The translations under genes were made by a program, and so were the position numbers. The notes below the pieces were generated by a model that saw only the letters and a list, made by a program, of their open reading frames with translations, made no database searches and had not been told where the DNA came from. Positions 52,160 through 63,570 of a DNA stretch of 64,000 nucleotides are shown piece by piece. Position 1 is the stretch's first letter; every line of letters starts with the position of its first letter. This DNA comes from Octopus sinensis (lineage: Eukaryota): contig NW_021835475.1 of NCBI RefSeq assembly GCF_006345805.1, positions 1-64,000 of the forward strand, given 5' to 3'.

Positions 52160-52355
52160 TTAGCCCCTACATGCAATTTTTTTCTCTCCTTGTTTCTCTC
52201 CGTGTTTCTTTTCTGTGTATCTTTCTGTTGAAGAGCGTAGGCTCCAAACGTAAAAGACTTGTTCTATTTATATTCCTGAACGCCATACTAATACAATTGT
52301 TTGTTTGTACTCCACCTGCCTTCGTCTTTTGTTTATTTCCGTAAAGCTTCCCGTT
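52160..52355 (+). mobile_element. Penelope-like terminal-repeat relic with a degenerate hammerhead (52220-52257)
   Basis: UCUUU-CUGUUGA-A-GAGC(GUAG)GCUC-CAAAC-GUA-AAAGA. Confidence 0.55.
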
Positions 52356-52508
52356 ATATTTACTTTGCTATGTAGTCGTTGTAGGTTCGACTACTTACGA
52401 CTAGCTTGTAGTACCATATAGAAGACTTCGGAAAATTCACAAGATCCGAGCATTTTCCTCGTAACTTTTAGGAAAATAGGGTCTTTTCAATAAAATTTTA
52501 TAGAAATA

Positions 52509-52555
<47 letters not shown>

Positions 52556-53070
52556 CACACACTCACACACACGACAGGCTTCTTTCGGTTTCCGTCTCAC
52601 TGAGGCTATAGTAGAAGACACTTACTTGCCTAAGGTGCCATGCAATGAGACTGAACCCAGAACCATGTGGTTCAGAAGCAAGCTTGTCACCACACAGCCA
52701 TGCCTCTGTTCCTAATTAGAAATAAATTAATTTATTAACCACGTGACTATGTCTTCATACTGCTCCTCCCCCTGTTTGTATCTCTTGGACGTAAACAGTA
52801 ATGGCAACAGTGTTAGTATGACAACCACATCGTGGTTATTCTGCATGCTAGAAATAATAGTTAAGTAGCTGACAAGGTTTTGGGTGACCGAAGGCTGTAC
52901 CAAAAGACACTTGGCCGTTCTGCGGGACTGAACCCAGACCCATGTCGTTGGGGAACTAGCTTCTTAACTACACAACCAGGCCTGCACAATGGATATAAAG
53001 AATTGAGAAAACTGGAGAAACAAAGAAAGGAAAAAACAAAACCAAAAATTCAATAAAAATGGTTCTTTAA

Positions 53071-53280
53071 CCTTTTCGTTACTGTATTTATTTCGAGATG
53101 CTCTGTGTTTCTTTCAATTATTTTAAATATAACAAAGAATTTAGTAAAATAACTTAGTTATCATTAAGTTAGTGTTACGAATGTAAATTGTGACTAAGGC
53201 TTGGTGGAATATTTTAATTCAAAACTTACGAAAACAAGACATTTTACCACAGAGCCAGAGCCGGGTTAGTAACGAAAGGG
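53071..53280. mobile_element. piggyBac-type MITE (210 bp)
   Basis: TTAA on both sides (53067-53070, 53281-53284); TIRs CCTTTTCGTTACT / AGTAACGAAAGGG. Confidence 0.85.
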
Positions 53281-53377
53281 TTAAGACCATTATTGTTGAG
53301 AGAGAGATAAACTCTTGTTCTTTTAGTTCATCGGAATCGAAGTGAAACAGTGATTGGCTTCTTTTTGATCTCTAACC

Positions 53378-53764
53378 GTGGAGGCGCAATGGCCCAGTGG
53401 TTAGGGCAGCGGACTCGCGGTCATAGGATCGCGGTTTCGATTCCCAGACCGGGCGTTGTGAGTGTTTATTGAGTGAAAACACCTAAAGCTCCACGAGGCT
53501 CCGGCAGAGATGGTGGTGATCCCTGCTGTACTCTTTCACCACAACTTTCTCTCACTCTTACTTCCTGTTTCTATTGTACCTGTATTTCAAAGGGCCGGCC
53601 TTGTCACTCTCTGTGTCACGCTGAGTATCCCCGAGAACTACGTTAAGGGTACACGTGTCTGTGGAGTGCTCAGCCACTTGTACGTTAATTTCACGAGCAG
53701 GCTGTTCCGTTGATCGGATCAACCGGAACCCTCATCGTCGTAACCGACAGAGTGCTTCTTCTTC
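53378..53764 (+). mobile_element. Full-length tRNA-derived SINE family A
   Basis: A box TGGCCCAGTGG, B box GGTTTCGATTCC; near-TSD atctctaacc / atctgtaacc. Confidence 0.9.
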
Positions 53765-54453
53765 AATCTGTAACCAACAACACTGTTGTCTGCAGAGATC
53801 TAAAATGAATAAATAAATGTCCATCCATCGTCTGTTGTCACCGTTATCCTCTTTCAGTCAATCAGAGGACATAACGTTGATCCTCCATCTTCTTGGACGG
53901 TTAACACAGTTTGTGGGACATATGCTAATGAGTTTAAGATGGTGGTTGTCGGCTGCACTCTGTTAGCGAAACATGAAGAGAGAGAAAGAGAGAGAGAGAT
54001 TTACTCATACACACACACACACACAGCTTTCAAGAATTAAACAGATGCACGCCAAAAGAACGAATGGAATATTCGCACACAAGACATGGATGTCTTCTTA
54101 GGCAGACAAGCTGTTGAAAGATTAGCATTAATTACGGCAGATAATTCTGAAACTTAAATTCTAATTAAATTCTTTCAATCAATTTTTAAAAATATTTATT
54201 TCTTTAAATTCTTTTTTTTTTCCAGGTTTTCATCATAATTTTACCATCCACCTTTACCATGCTTCATTGGTTCAATGGAGTTTTTAGTTTTTTTTTTTTA
54301 AATTGCTGCAGATTTTCTACAGGCCTGATCCCCTTCCATGGGCCAACTCACATCTGTTTCCATATAAGGTAATATATGGACAGATTATAAAGTATTTTCG
54401 TTAAAGATATCCCCTTCCCAAGGGCTGGGATATACAAAAACATGTCATAATTT

Positions 54454-54940
54454 TTAGTCCTTCTCTACATGGCCACCACCAATGGCGACACATTTCTCCC
54501 ATCACTTTATGCAGCTGTGATGATCTGGAGCCAAGACTTTACCTCAGAAATAAGTTCGTCATCAACCAAAAAGTGTTTCCCCTTCAAAAAAGACTTTATT
54601 GCTGGAAAGAGGTGGAAGTCAGACAGTGCAAGGTTGGGAGAGCAAGAGAGATGAGGAGGGATTTGATAACCGTGGGAGTGTGCTTCCATCTGGGCAACAG
54701 GCACATTGTGAACTGAGGCGTTGCCTTGCAGGAGGTCAATTCCTTTGGTCAGCTGGTCAGCATGTCACGCCTCTCTGCATTGATGACGTCCCGCAATTTC
54801 TGCAGCAGAGAAACAACATAATATACCCTTTGCCAGAAAATCTATCATCACTGCTCCACGCTGGTTCCAAAAGACTGGGCATCACCTTGCCTGCAAAGGG
54901 TTGGACACAAGACTTCTTTGAAAGTGGTGAGTTATCATGG
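54454..54940 (-). mobile_element. Mariner transposase relic
   Basis: SPLSKKSCVQPFAGKVM...PHLSCSPNLALSDFHLFPAIKSFLKGKHF...EKCVAIGGGHVEKD* (decayed YSPDLAPSD motif). Confidence 0.85.
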
Positions 54941-56254
54941 GACTGATAGAATAAGTCCTGTGGTCGATTTGTCTGACTAAAACCCTTCAAGGCATTGCCT
55001 TAGCATGGCCGCAGTCAATTGACTGAAACAAGATAAAAGAATACATATATGTATGTATGTATGCATATATTTTATTTATTACACTATTGTCTGACAGCGC
55101 TTCGCGTCGGGTTCCGTTCGAATTTTCGCTTCGTTCCGTCTCTATCCTCCCAGTATTGTTTTATATATATATATATATATATAGTAAAATGAAGGAACAC
55201 CTGGAAAACAGGAAAAAACACAAAACATGTTGACATGCTCACCCCTCATCAGTTATCAGCTAAAAGTCATCACAATTTCAGTGCCTTTTCAATAACGTTG
55301 TTCAATTTGGTTTCAAGAGCAAAATGCTGTTGGGATAGAAATGAGCAATACACACACACACATTTCAGGTGGTTTTCTGCTGCATCAAACTCTCCCTTGC
55401 AAGGAATCGGTAATGCCAAAATTACGGCAGGAAATGTTCTCCCAAGTCACCATGTTGTGATGTGATTACAATGGCTATCACAATTTTAGTAAAAGAGAGA
55501 CAGAGATAGAGAAATCCCACTCACACAGATACCCTGATCCCCACCCCCACATGCACCTACATGGTTCGACAGTTTAGGATTTGTCGAGGCAGATAATCCT
55601 TAAATTAAATCCTCTTTCATTTGTTTACTCCATTAATTCACAATTTTTGTCTGTTTATCTTTTAAATTTTTTATTCCATTATTTTTTTGATTATTATATT
55701 TTGTTTTGTTTTTTTTTATTGTATTTTATATTTTACATCTGAAGATTCAAGCTGCAGCTCCTTCAAAACTCATTTCTCCAATTTCATGCCTGTCTGTCTG
55801 TCTGTCTTTCTCTCCCCTCTGTCTGTCTTGTCTGTCTCTCTCTCTCTCTCCCTCTCTCTCTCTCTCCATCCGGCTGTCTGTCTCCAAGACACCAATAAAA
55901 TGCCTCTTCCAGTTGTCAACTTGATAAATTGGTTCTTCTACTTTTCATATTTGTCCCCTAGACCCCCTTCATGCTTTGACCCTACCATTGTTGGTGTTGG
56001 TTGGGAAAGGGGTCACTAGGGAGGAGTAAGACAGAGTGGTGATAGCAGTGAATAGAAATCGTGGTGGTGGTGGTGGTGGCACTTATAGTAGTTGTTGTTG
56101 TTCTTCTTCTTACGTCCACAGTTCAGCCCCGGCTGAACAGATTTATAAACAAAGGTGGCAGGCATAGCTGCAAGGTTAAGAAGCTCACATTGTATGTAAC
56201 CACATGGCTTCAGGTTCAATCCCACTGCAGTGCACCCCACGCTGACCAAATGCT

Positions 56255-56905
56255 AGGCATCAATTCTTCCAGTGCCTTACATTCTGAGATCAAATCCCAC
56301 TGAGGTTGGCTTTACTTTTCATCCTTTTAGGGGCCAATAAAATAAGTACCAGTTGAGCACTGGGGGTCGATGTAATCGACTAGATCCCTCCCCAAAAATT
56401 TCAGGCCTTGTGCCTATTGTAGAAAGGATTATTATTATTATTATTATTATTGAAAGCAGTGAGCTGGTAGAATCATTAGACACTGGATGAAAGGCTTAGT
56501 AGTATTTCACCTGTCAATACGTTCTAAGTTCAAATCCTACCAACGTCGACTTTGCCTTTCATTCTTCTGGCCTTGATAAATTAAGTACCAGTTACGCACT
56601 GGGGTCGATGTAATCGACTTAGCCCTGCCCAAATTTCAGGCCTTGTGCCTATAATCAAAAGGATGATTATTATTATTATTATCATTATTATTATTATTAT
56701 TATTGAAGGTGGCCAGCTGGTAGGATCGTTAGCATGATGGACAAAATGGTTGGCGGTATTTCACCTGACGCTACATTCTGAGTTCAAATTCTGCCGAGGT
56801 CGACTTTGCTTTTCATCCTTTCAGGGTCGATAAAGCAAGTACCAGTTAAACGCTAGGGGTCGATGTAATCGACTCATCTCCACAAGTTACCCTTGTGGCA
56901 AAAGT
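56255..56905 (+). mobile_element. Three head-to-tail SINE family C copies separated by (ATT)n
   Basis: Copies at ~56255-56430, 56453-56665 and 56707-56905. Confidence 0.8.
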
Positions 56906-56957
56906 TATTATTATTATTATTATTATTATTATCATCATCATCATCATTATTATTACC

Positions 56958-57932
56958 ACGACCTTCGAACTTTAGGCCTCACTGAGGAAATGACCAGCGA
57001 CCGAGACCTTTGGAAATATTCTGTACGTGAGAAGACCAGGCAGGACAAGTGAGCCCAGCCCACTTATGAATGCCTTTCCTCCCTTGGACACAAAGACCTG
57101 TTGAGGCAAGCGAAGTCGATATAGAACCTCATCCGACGACAGGCACCCATGCTTGCGAAGACATGTTGGGGCAAGCGAAATCGAAATCGAAGTCAAAATC
57201 GAATTGAACCAGCCAGGATCCCTGGTCTGGTGGTACGTAAAAAGCACTATCCGACTCGTGGCCGATGCCAGCGCCGCCTCCACTGGCTTCTGTGCCGGTG
57301 GCACGTAAAATACACCAATCTGACCGTACGACAGGCACCCATGCCAACCCGCTTGCTTGCGAAGACATGTTGGGGCAAGCGAAATCGAATCGAACCAGCC
57401 AGGTTCCCTGGTCTGGTGGTACGTAAAAAGCACTATCCGACTCGTGGCCAATGCCAGTGCCGCCTCCACTGGCTTCCGTGCTGGTGGCACGTAAAATACA
57501 CCAATCTGACCGTACAACAGGCACCCATGCCAACCCCCTTGCTTGCGAAGACATGTTGGGGCAAGCGAAATCGAAATCGAATTGAACCAGCCAGGATCCC
57601 TGGTCTAGTGGTACGTAAAAAGCACCATCCGACTTGTGGCCGATGCCAGCACCGCCTCGTCTGGCTTCCGTGCCGGTGGCACATAAAATACACCAATCCG
57701 ACCGTGGCCGTTGCCAGCCTCGCCTGGCACCTGTGCAGGTGGCACGCAAAAAGCACCCACTACACTCACAGAGTGGTTGGCGTTAGGAAGGGCATCCAGC
57801 TGTAGAAACACTGCCAGATAAGACTGGAGCCTGGTGCAGCCTTCTGGCTTCCCAGATCCCCGGTCGAACCGTCCAACCCATGCTAGCATGGAGAACGGAC
57901 GTTAAACGATGATGATGATGATGATGATGATG
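56958..57932 (+). mobile_element. 3' end of an RTE-type LINE: ORF2 C-terminus, triplicated 3'UTR unit, (GAT)n tail
   Basis: DLRTLGLTEEMTSDRDLWKYSVREKTRQDK*; ~190-bp unit x3 (57135-57705); the tail is shared with 62655-62790. Confidence 0.8.
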
Positions 57933-58074
57933 ATTATTATTACCATTATTATTATTATTATTATTATCATTATCATCATCATTTCATCATTATTATTATT
58001 ATCATTATTATTATCATTATTACCATTATTATTATTATTATTATTATCATTATTATGCTGTTTCTGTATTTAAG

Positions 58075-58202
58075 CTACCTCTTGTACGAGATCGAGTCAT
58101 GTCACCAGTTCTATTCCAACGATATCCTCTCGGCCATCACGGAGGCTGTACAGACGGCTTATGGAGACTACGGGAGGGCTGTCATCCAGAAAGTAACTTA
58201 TG
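58075..58202 (+). CDS. POP5: POP5 coding exon 2 (YLLYEIESCHQFYSNDILSAITEAVQTAYGDYGRAVIQKVTY)
   Basis: Acceptor gtttctgtatttaag|C and donor G|GTAAGT; 128 nt with an open frame. RYLL...GDYG motif of the Rpp14/Pop5 family. Confidence 0.92.
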
Positions 58203-58224
58203 GTAAGTACTCAGTCTTTCTACT

Positions 58225-58259
<35 letters not shown>

Positions 58260-58399
58260 TGCACAGGAACATGCTCACCTGAGCCACCAAGGGAGGGGTC
58301 TCTATGCCAAAGGTTCTCATCAGAGGTCCACAGAAGAATTGTCTGTTTGAGTCTGTGTGTTATAAATTGGTTGTGCTTCTGCAATTCATAGAATATTTT

Positions 58400-58765
58400 T
58401 ATTCTTTTGTTTGTTTCAGTCATTTGACTGTAGTCATGCTGGAGCACCGCCTTTAGTCGAACAAATCGACCCCCAGGACTTATTCTTTGTAAGCCTAGTA
58501 TTTATTCTATCGGCCTCTTTTGCTGAACCATCATCGGCTGTTAAGCGATGTTGGGTGGGGGCGGGGGACAAACTCAGATACACACACACATATATATATA
58601 CACAACGGGCTTCTTTCAGTTTCCATTAACCAAATCCACTCATAAGGCTTTGGTCTGTCCAAGGCTATAGTAGAAGACACTTGCCCAAGGTGCCATTGAG
58701 TGGGACTGAACCTGGAACCAGGTGGTTAGTAAACAAGCCACTTACCACACAGCCACTCCCGCACC
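58400..58765 (-). mobile_element. SINE family B in POP5 intron 2
   Basis: Head and tail motifs on the minus strand. Confidence 0.85.
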
Positions 58766-58993
58766 TATTTAAACATTTTTTTTTTATACAGAGTACCGCC
58801 TCACTGGCCCTCGTGCCGGTGGCACGTAAAAGCACCCACTATGCTCTCGGAGTGGTTGGCGTTAGAAATGTGGTAACAGAAGGCTTAAGAGTTAAATCTC
58901 TTTATAACTTTTTTATTCTTTGAACTCCCCCCCCCCCCCGCACTTAAAATCTTTGTTTTGATTTTCTTTTTTTTTCTTTTTTGTTTCTTTTAG

Positions 58994-59131
58994 TCAAATA
59001 TTTTGACAGCAACACCAACACCATAATAATAGTGGTGCCGAGGAAACACTGTCTGATGGTTCAGTCTGCCGTCTGCTTCATCAAACTCATCAAGAACAAG
59101 GAGGCGTCTTTGCGATCCCTTCATGTTGGAG
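58994..59131 (+). CDS. POP5: POP5 coding exon 3 (VKYFDSNTNTIIIVVPRKHCLMVQSAVCFIKLIKNKEASLRSLHVG)
   Basis: Long polypyrimidine tract + TAG acceptor and donor G|GTAAAA; 138 nt, phase-consistent. VKY and LHVGGTI motifs of POP5. Confidence 0.93.
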
Positions 59132-59412
59132 GTAAAATTTAGTCACTGCTCTTTCTTGCCTTTCGTCTTCTCAGTTTACTTGTGTGTGTGAGTATATGTG
59201 TGTGTGTGTGTGTGTGTGTGTATACGTATTCTTTTATACTTTCATTTGTTTCAATCATCTGACTGCGACCATGCTGGGGCACCGCCTTAGAGGGTTTTGG
59301 TCGAACAAATTGACCCATGGGATTATTTTTTGTAACCTTACTACTTATTCTATCGGTTTCTTTTGCTGAACCACTAAGCATTGTCAGGATGACAACATCA
59401 CACACACAGATA

Positions 59413-59830
59413 TTGGGTCATCCCATAAATAATGCAGTTTTTTTATACTTCTTTTATCTTTCAAAACTAAGATAAACAAAGTCCTTTTTTAATCTAAAAT
59501 ATACTCTCCTTCATTTTCTACAATACTCTTCCATCTATCTGGTAGACTTGCAAAATTCATTTGTCCATGATGAAAAATACTCCTCCACTACTGTTCTGAC
59601 CTCGTCTACAGAATTCATATTTTTGCCATCCAAATGATTTTGAAGACTGCAGAATAAAAGATAATCAGATGGGGCAATGCCTGCCGAATATGGTGGGTGG
59701 TGCATCGTTTTCCATTCAAACTGCTCCAGCCTTTGGAATGTCTCTGCATGCAATTAGACTTGGAAAGTTTGCGAGGAACCCATCGACCCATTTTTCTGAC
59801 TTTTCCAATGGCATGCAGGTGTTGATGCTG
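59413..59830 (-). mobile_element. Internally deleted mariner relic with one TIR
   Basis: HLHAIGKVRKMGRWVPRKLS then MHHPPYSAGIAPSDYLLFCSLQNHLDGK; TA followed by a TTGGGTCATCCCATAAATAA terminus at 59411. Confidence 0.85.
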
Positions 59831-60310
59831 TATTACTACCACCACCACCATTACCATTATCTAAGACTACCACCAGCACCACCACCACTACCACTATTAA
59901 CCACTGTTTCCATAACTACCACCACCACCACCATCATTCCTGTCTATCACTACTACTACTACTACCACTACACTGTCCTGATTACTCTCACTCCCCTCAC
60001 TTCTACCACCACCACCACCCCCACAAGCCTTACAAGTACCACTATTACAACTACTTATACTATCACCACCACTGTTAGCACAATTACTACTACCATGACC
60101 ACTTTCTCTATCGCTACTACTACCACCACCACCACTACAAGTACCACCAAAATCCTTACTACCACTATTACAACTACTATCACCACCGCTGTTAGCACAA
60201 CTACTACTACCACTACCATCACTATTACTACTACCACCATCACCACTTTCTCTATCTTTACTACTACTGCCCATGCCACAACTGTCACCGCCACCATTAC
60301 CACCACTGTT
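59830..60310. repeat. Degenerate (ACC/ACT)n tract in POP5 intron 3
   Basis: Seen directly. Confidence 0.9.
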
Positions 60311-60359
60311 TGCAGGTTCAATTCCAGTGAAAGTCGTTTCGTATCTGTTTTTCCTCCAG

Positions 60360-60443
60360 GGACAATAAAATCTACAAAGAAGAGCCTGCTTGCTCAGCGT
60401 TACCAAGCGTTGCCTCGTGCGTTTCTGGAATGTAAGAACAAAG
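60360..60443 (+). CDS. POP5: POP5 coding exon 4 (GTIKSTKKSLLAQRYQALPRAFLECKNK)
   Basis: Acceptor tttttcctccag| and donor G|GTAAGT; 84 nt. Completes HVG-GTI across the junction. Confidence 0.92.
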
Positions 60444-60656
60444 GTAAGTTGCTGAAGACTTGGCATTTGGGATGTCTTTTATATATGTTTTCATTAATGT
60501 CATCATCATCATCATCACCATCGTCATCATCATCATCATCAATATCATCTTCATCATCTTCATCACACCATCAGCTTGACACTGAGATATCTCCATTATC
60601 ATAATTCAACGTCATCACCACCACCATCATCATTGTCGTCATCATAATAATAACTT

Positions 60657-60865
60657 TTTCTACAATAGCCACAAGGCCTGAAATTTTATGGGGAGGGGAT
60701 GAGTTGATTACATCGACCCCAGTGTTCAACTGGTGCTTATTTCATTGACCCCGAAAAGATGAAAGGCAAAGTCGACCTTGGCGGAATTTGAACTCAGAAC
60801 ATAGCGGCAGACAAAATACCGCTAAGCATTTTTCCCAGCATGTTAACGATTCTGTCATCTCGCTG
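60657..60865 (-). mobile_element. SINE family C
   Basis: Reverse complement of the family C core and head; another copy lies at 61560-61850. Confidence 0.8.
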
Positions 60866-60909
60866 CTTTTCACCACCTTATATATGATGATGATGATTAT
60901 AGGAATAAT

Positions 60910-61552
60910 AACATCCTTAAACAACCCTTATTCAGGGACATTTTGAGCAGGATGGGTTACTTGACCAGAAGAAAATTCTAACTGGGCCCTACCTGCAAGG
61001 TCATGCGCTGTTTATCTTGATATGAGATCCCCATGTCGCACACATATGGTTGTGATGCATGTGCCTGGTGTACCTATGCCCTGATACAGTACCAGGCAGT
61101 GGCTCTCATGGTTTCTGATCTTAACTGATTGGAAGTGTCATCATGTACATTGTTTGTCTTGGTATAAAAGATGGGCTACAGCAAATATTCTGCTCAATAC
61201 CACAGATTTGCTTGTCAGTTGCTTGACCTTAACCAGTTGAGCATGTCCCTTGGTGGCTGACGATATGTGCATCTCTGACCACGAGCAGGAGTAGTGGGGG
61301 AGCATCATAGCCATGTGTTGAGAGGGATTCTTTGGGGTTTGAATAATTCACCTCTGGAAACATGGGTGTTTCGTCCAACATCCTTAAACAACCTTTATTC
61401 AGAGACCTTTCGAGTAGGATGGGTTACTCGACCTGAAGAAAATTCTAACTGGGCCCCACCTGCAAGGTCATGCGCTGTTTATCTTGATATGAGATCACCA
61501 TGTTGCGCACATATGGTTGTGATGCATGTACCTGGTGTACACATATCAGATG
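60910..61552 (+). mobile_element. Same retroposon as 41871-42404: partial copy plus a longer copy in tandem
   Basis: 60910-61075 duplicates 61377-61540; the long copy starts atgccctgatacagtaccagg at 61076. Confidence 0.8.
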
Positions 61553-62085
61553 TATCGGTGAGCGAAATACCTATTTCTTTATTACCCACAAGGTAATAGA
61601 GGGGACAAACAAGGACAGACATAGGTATTAAGTCGATTACATCGACACCAGTGCGTAACTGGTACTTAATTTATCGACCCCGAAAGGATGAAAGGCAAAG
61701 TCGACCTCGGCGGAATTTGAACTCACAACGTTGCGCCAGATGAAATACCGCTAAGCATTTCGCCCGGCACGCTAACGTTTCTGCCAGCTTGGCGAGCGAA
61801 ATACCGCTAAGCATTTCGCCAGGTGTGCTAACGTTTCTGCCTGCTCACTGCTTCTTTCAGTTTCTGTCTAGTAAATCTACTCACATGGCTTTGGTCATCG
61901 TGAGGTTACATTAGAGGACATCAGCTCAAGGTTCCACACAGCGGGACTGAACCCAGAGCCATTTGGTTAAGAAGCAAACTTCTTACCACACAGCCACACC
62001 TGCAATGGATAATGTTTGTTCTGTGATGTTTTTCTTGTGATTTTCGTTATTTATTTTTTTCTTCTTCTTTTTTTCCTCTTTTCAG

Positions 62086-62201
62086 AAGAGAGGGAGAAAG
62101 TTCAGGCCTCGATCTTTGAGAGTTGTTCTGGAAAGCTTGAGTCCCAGATAGAAGCCAGCGCCTACAAGCACCGAAAGAACACTGTGAAAACAACAACATG
62201 A
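62086..62201 (+). CDS. POP5: POP5 coding exon 5 (EEREKVQASIFESCSGKLESQIEASAYKHRKNTVKTTT*)
   Basis: Strong polypyrimidine tract + CAG acceptor and TGA at 62199-62201. ERE..Q.S...SC resembles the metazoan POP5 C-terminus. Total CDS 483 nt = 160 aa. Confidence 0.88.
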
Positions 62202-62654
62202 TCATGTGAGGCTCAGCCTGGCGACGAGGAGTCCCTGCTACACAGGTGATTGACCTGTTAGAAATAGCAGCCAGATTTCTGCCAACACAAACAACCTGCT
62301 GACTTGAAAATATGGTTGGGGTGGGGGGACACTGGACGGTGTACCTTATATGATTGTATGAGTTTGTGTGTGTGTGTGGTTTTAAAATTGTTATAACTTT
62401 CATTGTATTGTGTGTACAGGCTTTTTTTTTTTTTTTTGTATACTAAGAAGGAATGGATGAAGAATATTTTTATGTAAAGCATTGAGGGGTAGGCAAAAGT
62501 GTTGCCCCTCAGAAATGTACTTCCTTGGGACCAGTTCTTTCCTTAAATCAACCAGCCATGGATGATGGTATCCATTCGGTACATCGTTCTCAATATAACT
62601 GCAAAGACAGTCTACATCCTCATCTTCATCATCATCTCAAATAATTTCACCATC

Positions 62655-62790
62655 GAAGGGCATCTAGCAGTAGAAACTCTGCCAGATCAAGATTGGAGCC
62701 TGGTGCAGCCATCTGGTTCGCCAGTCCTCAGTCAAATCGTCCAACCCATTCTAGCGTGGAAAGCGGACGTTAAAAGATGATGATGATGAT
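62655..62790 (+). mobile_element. RTE-type 3' tail fragment ending in (GAT)n
   Basis: Similar to 57787-57932. Confidence 0.75.
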
Positions 62791-63115
62791 ATCTGCCTGA
62801 GTAAATCCTTCAAAATAATCCTCTGAGTCAGAATCTAACAAGACTCTGAGTCAGAATCAAATGCAGGAGTCACCATTTTTGTTCAGTAAAAATTCCAAAA
62901 CATTAAGTTCGATTTCAAAGGTTTGTATACAAACAATGAAAATGGAAGTTCAGCCTTGTTCTTAACCGAAGCCTGTTTAAAGTACCAGAAATAAGCTTGG
63001 CGATATATTTATTTCAAGCACCTCTCCCAAGGGGACAAAATGCCCCTGTACCTATAGGGAAGAAAACTTGTGGGCAGCAAAATTGCGATAACAGCAGGGA
63101 GAAGGTTAATCTGCA

Positions 63116-63121
63116 AATAAA
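63116..63121 (+). promoter_or_regulatory. Candidate polyadenylation signal for POP5
   Basis: First canonical AATAAA I find after the stop codon, followed by T/GT-rich sequence. Confidence 0.35.
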
Positions 63122-63179
63122 AAGTATTTATTCACCAATTGATGACTCCTTCTTACTGTTTGATTCTGATGTGTTGGAA

Positions 63180-63548
63180 GCACTCCGTCGGTTACGACGA
63201 TAAGGGTTCCGGTTGATCCGAATCAACGGAACAGCCTGCTCGTGAAATTAACGTGTAAGTGGCTGAGCACTCCACAGACACGTGTACCCTTAACCTGTAG
63301 TTCTCGGGGATATTCAGCGTGACACAGAGAGTGACAAGGCCGGCCCCTTGAAATACAGGTACAACAGAAACAGGAAGTAAGTGTGAGAGAAAGTTGTGGT
63401 GAAAGAGTACAGCAGGGATCACCACCATCCCCTGCCGGAGCCTCATGGAGCTTTTAGGTGTTTTCGCTCAATAAACACTCACAACGCCCGGTCTGGGAAT
63501 TGAAACCGCGACTCCGCTGCCCTAACCACTGGGCCATTGCGCCTCCAC
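63180..63548 (-). mobile_element. Near full-length SINE family A with TSD
   Basis: Flanks gattctgatgtgttggaa / gattctggtgtgtatggaa. Confidence 0.9.
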
Positions 63549-63570
63549 GATTCTGGTGTGTATGGAATAT

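Noticed and set aside
53378-53460. tRNA genes at SINE heads (also ~1050-1126, 48800-48870, 63480-63640)
   Set aside because: A/B boxes are present, but there is no complete cloverleaf or acceptor stem, and each continues into a repeated SINE body.
55561-55596. ATG GTT CGA (MVR...) as POP5 exon 1
   Set aside because: It continues QFRICRGR* with no phase-2 donor. 51793-51809 gives RFKKR with a proper GT donor and promoter context.
56972-57889. Overlapping 180-218 aa ORFs on both strands
   Set aside because: They arise from the triplicated LINE 3'UTR unit and carry no domain signal.
59669-60604. 311-aa ORF
   Set aside because: A chance read-through of mariner antisense and an ACC/ACT tract; only 60360-60443 is a real exon (POP5 exon 4).
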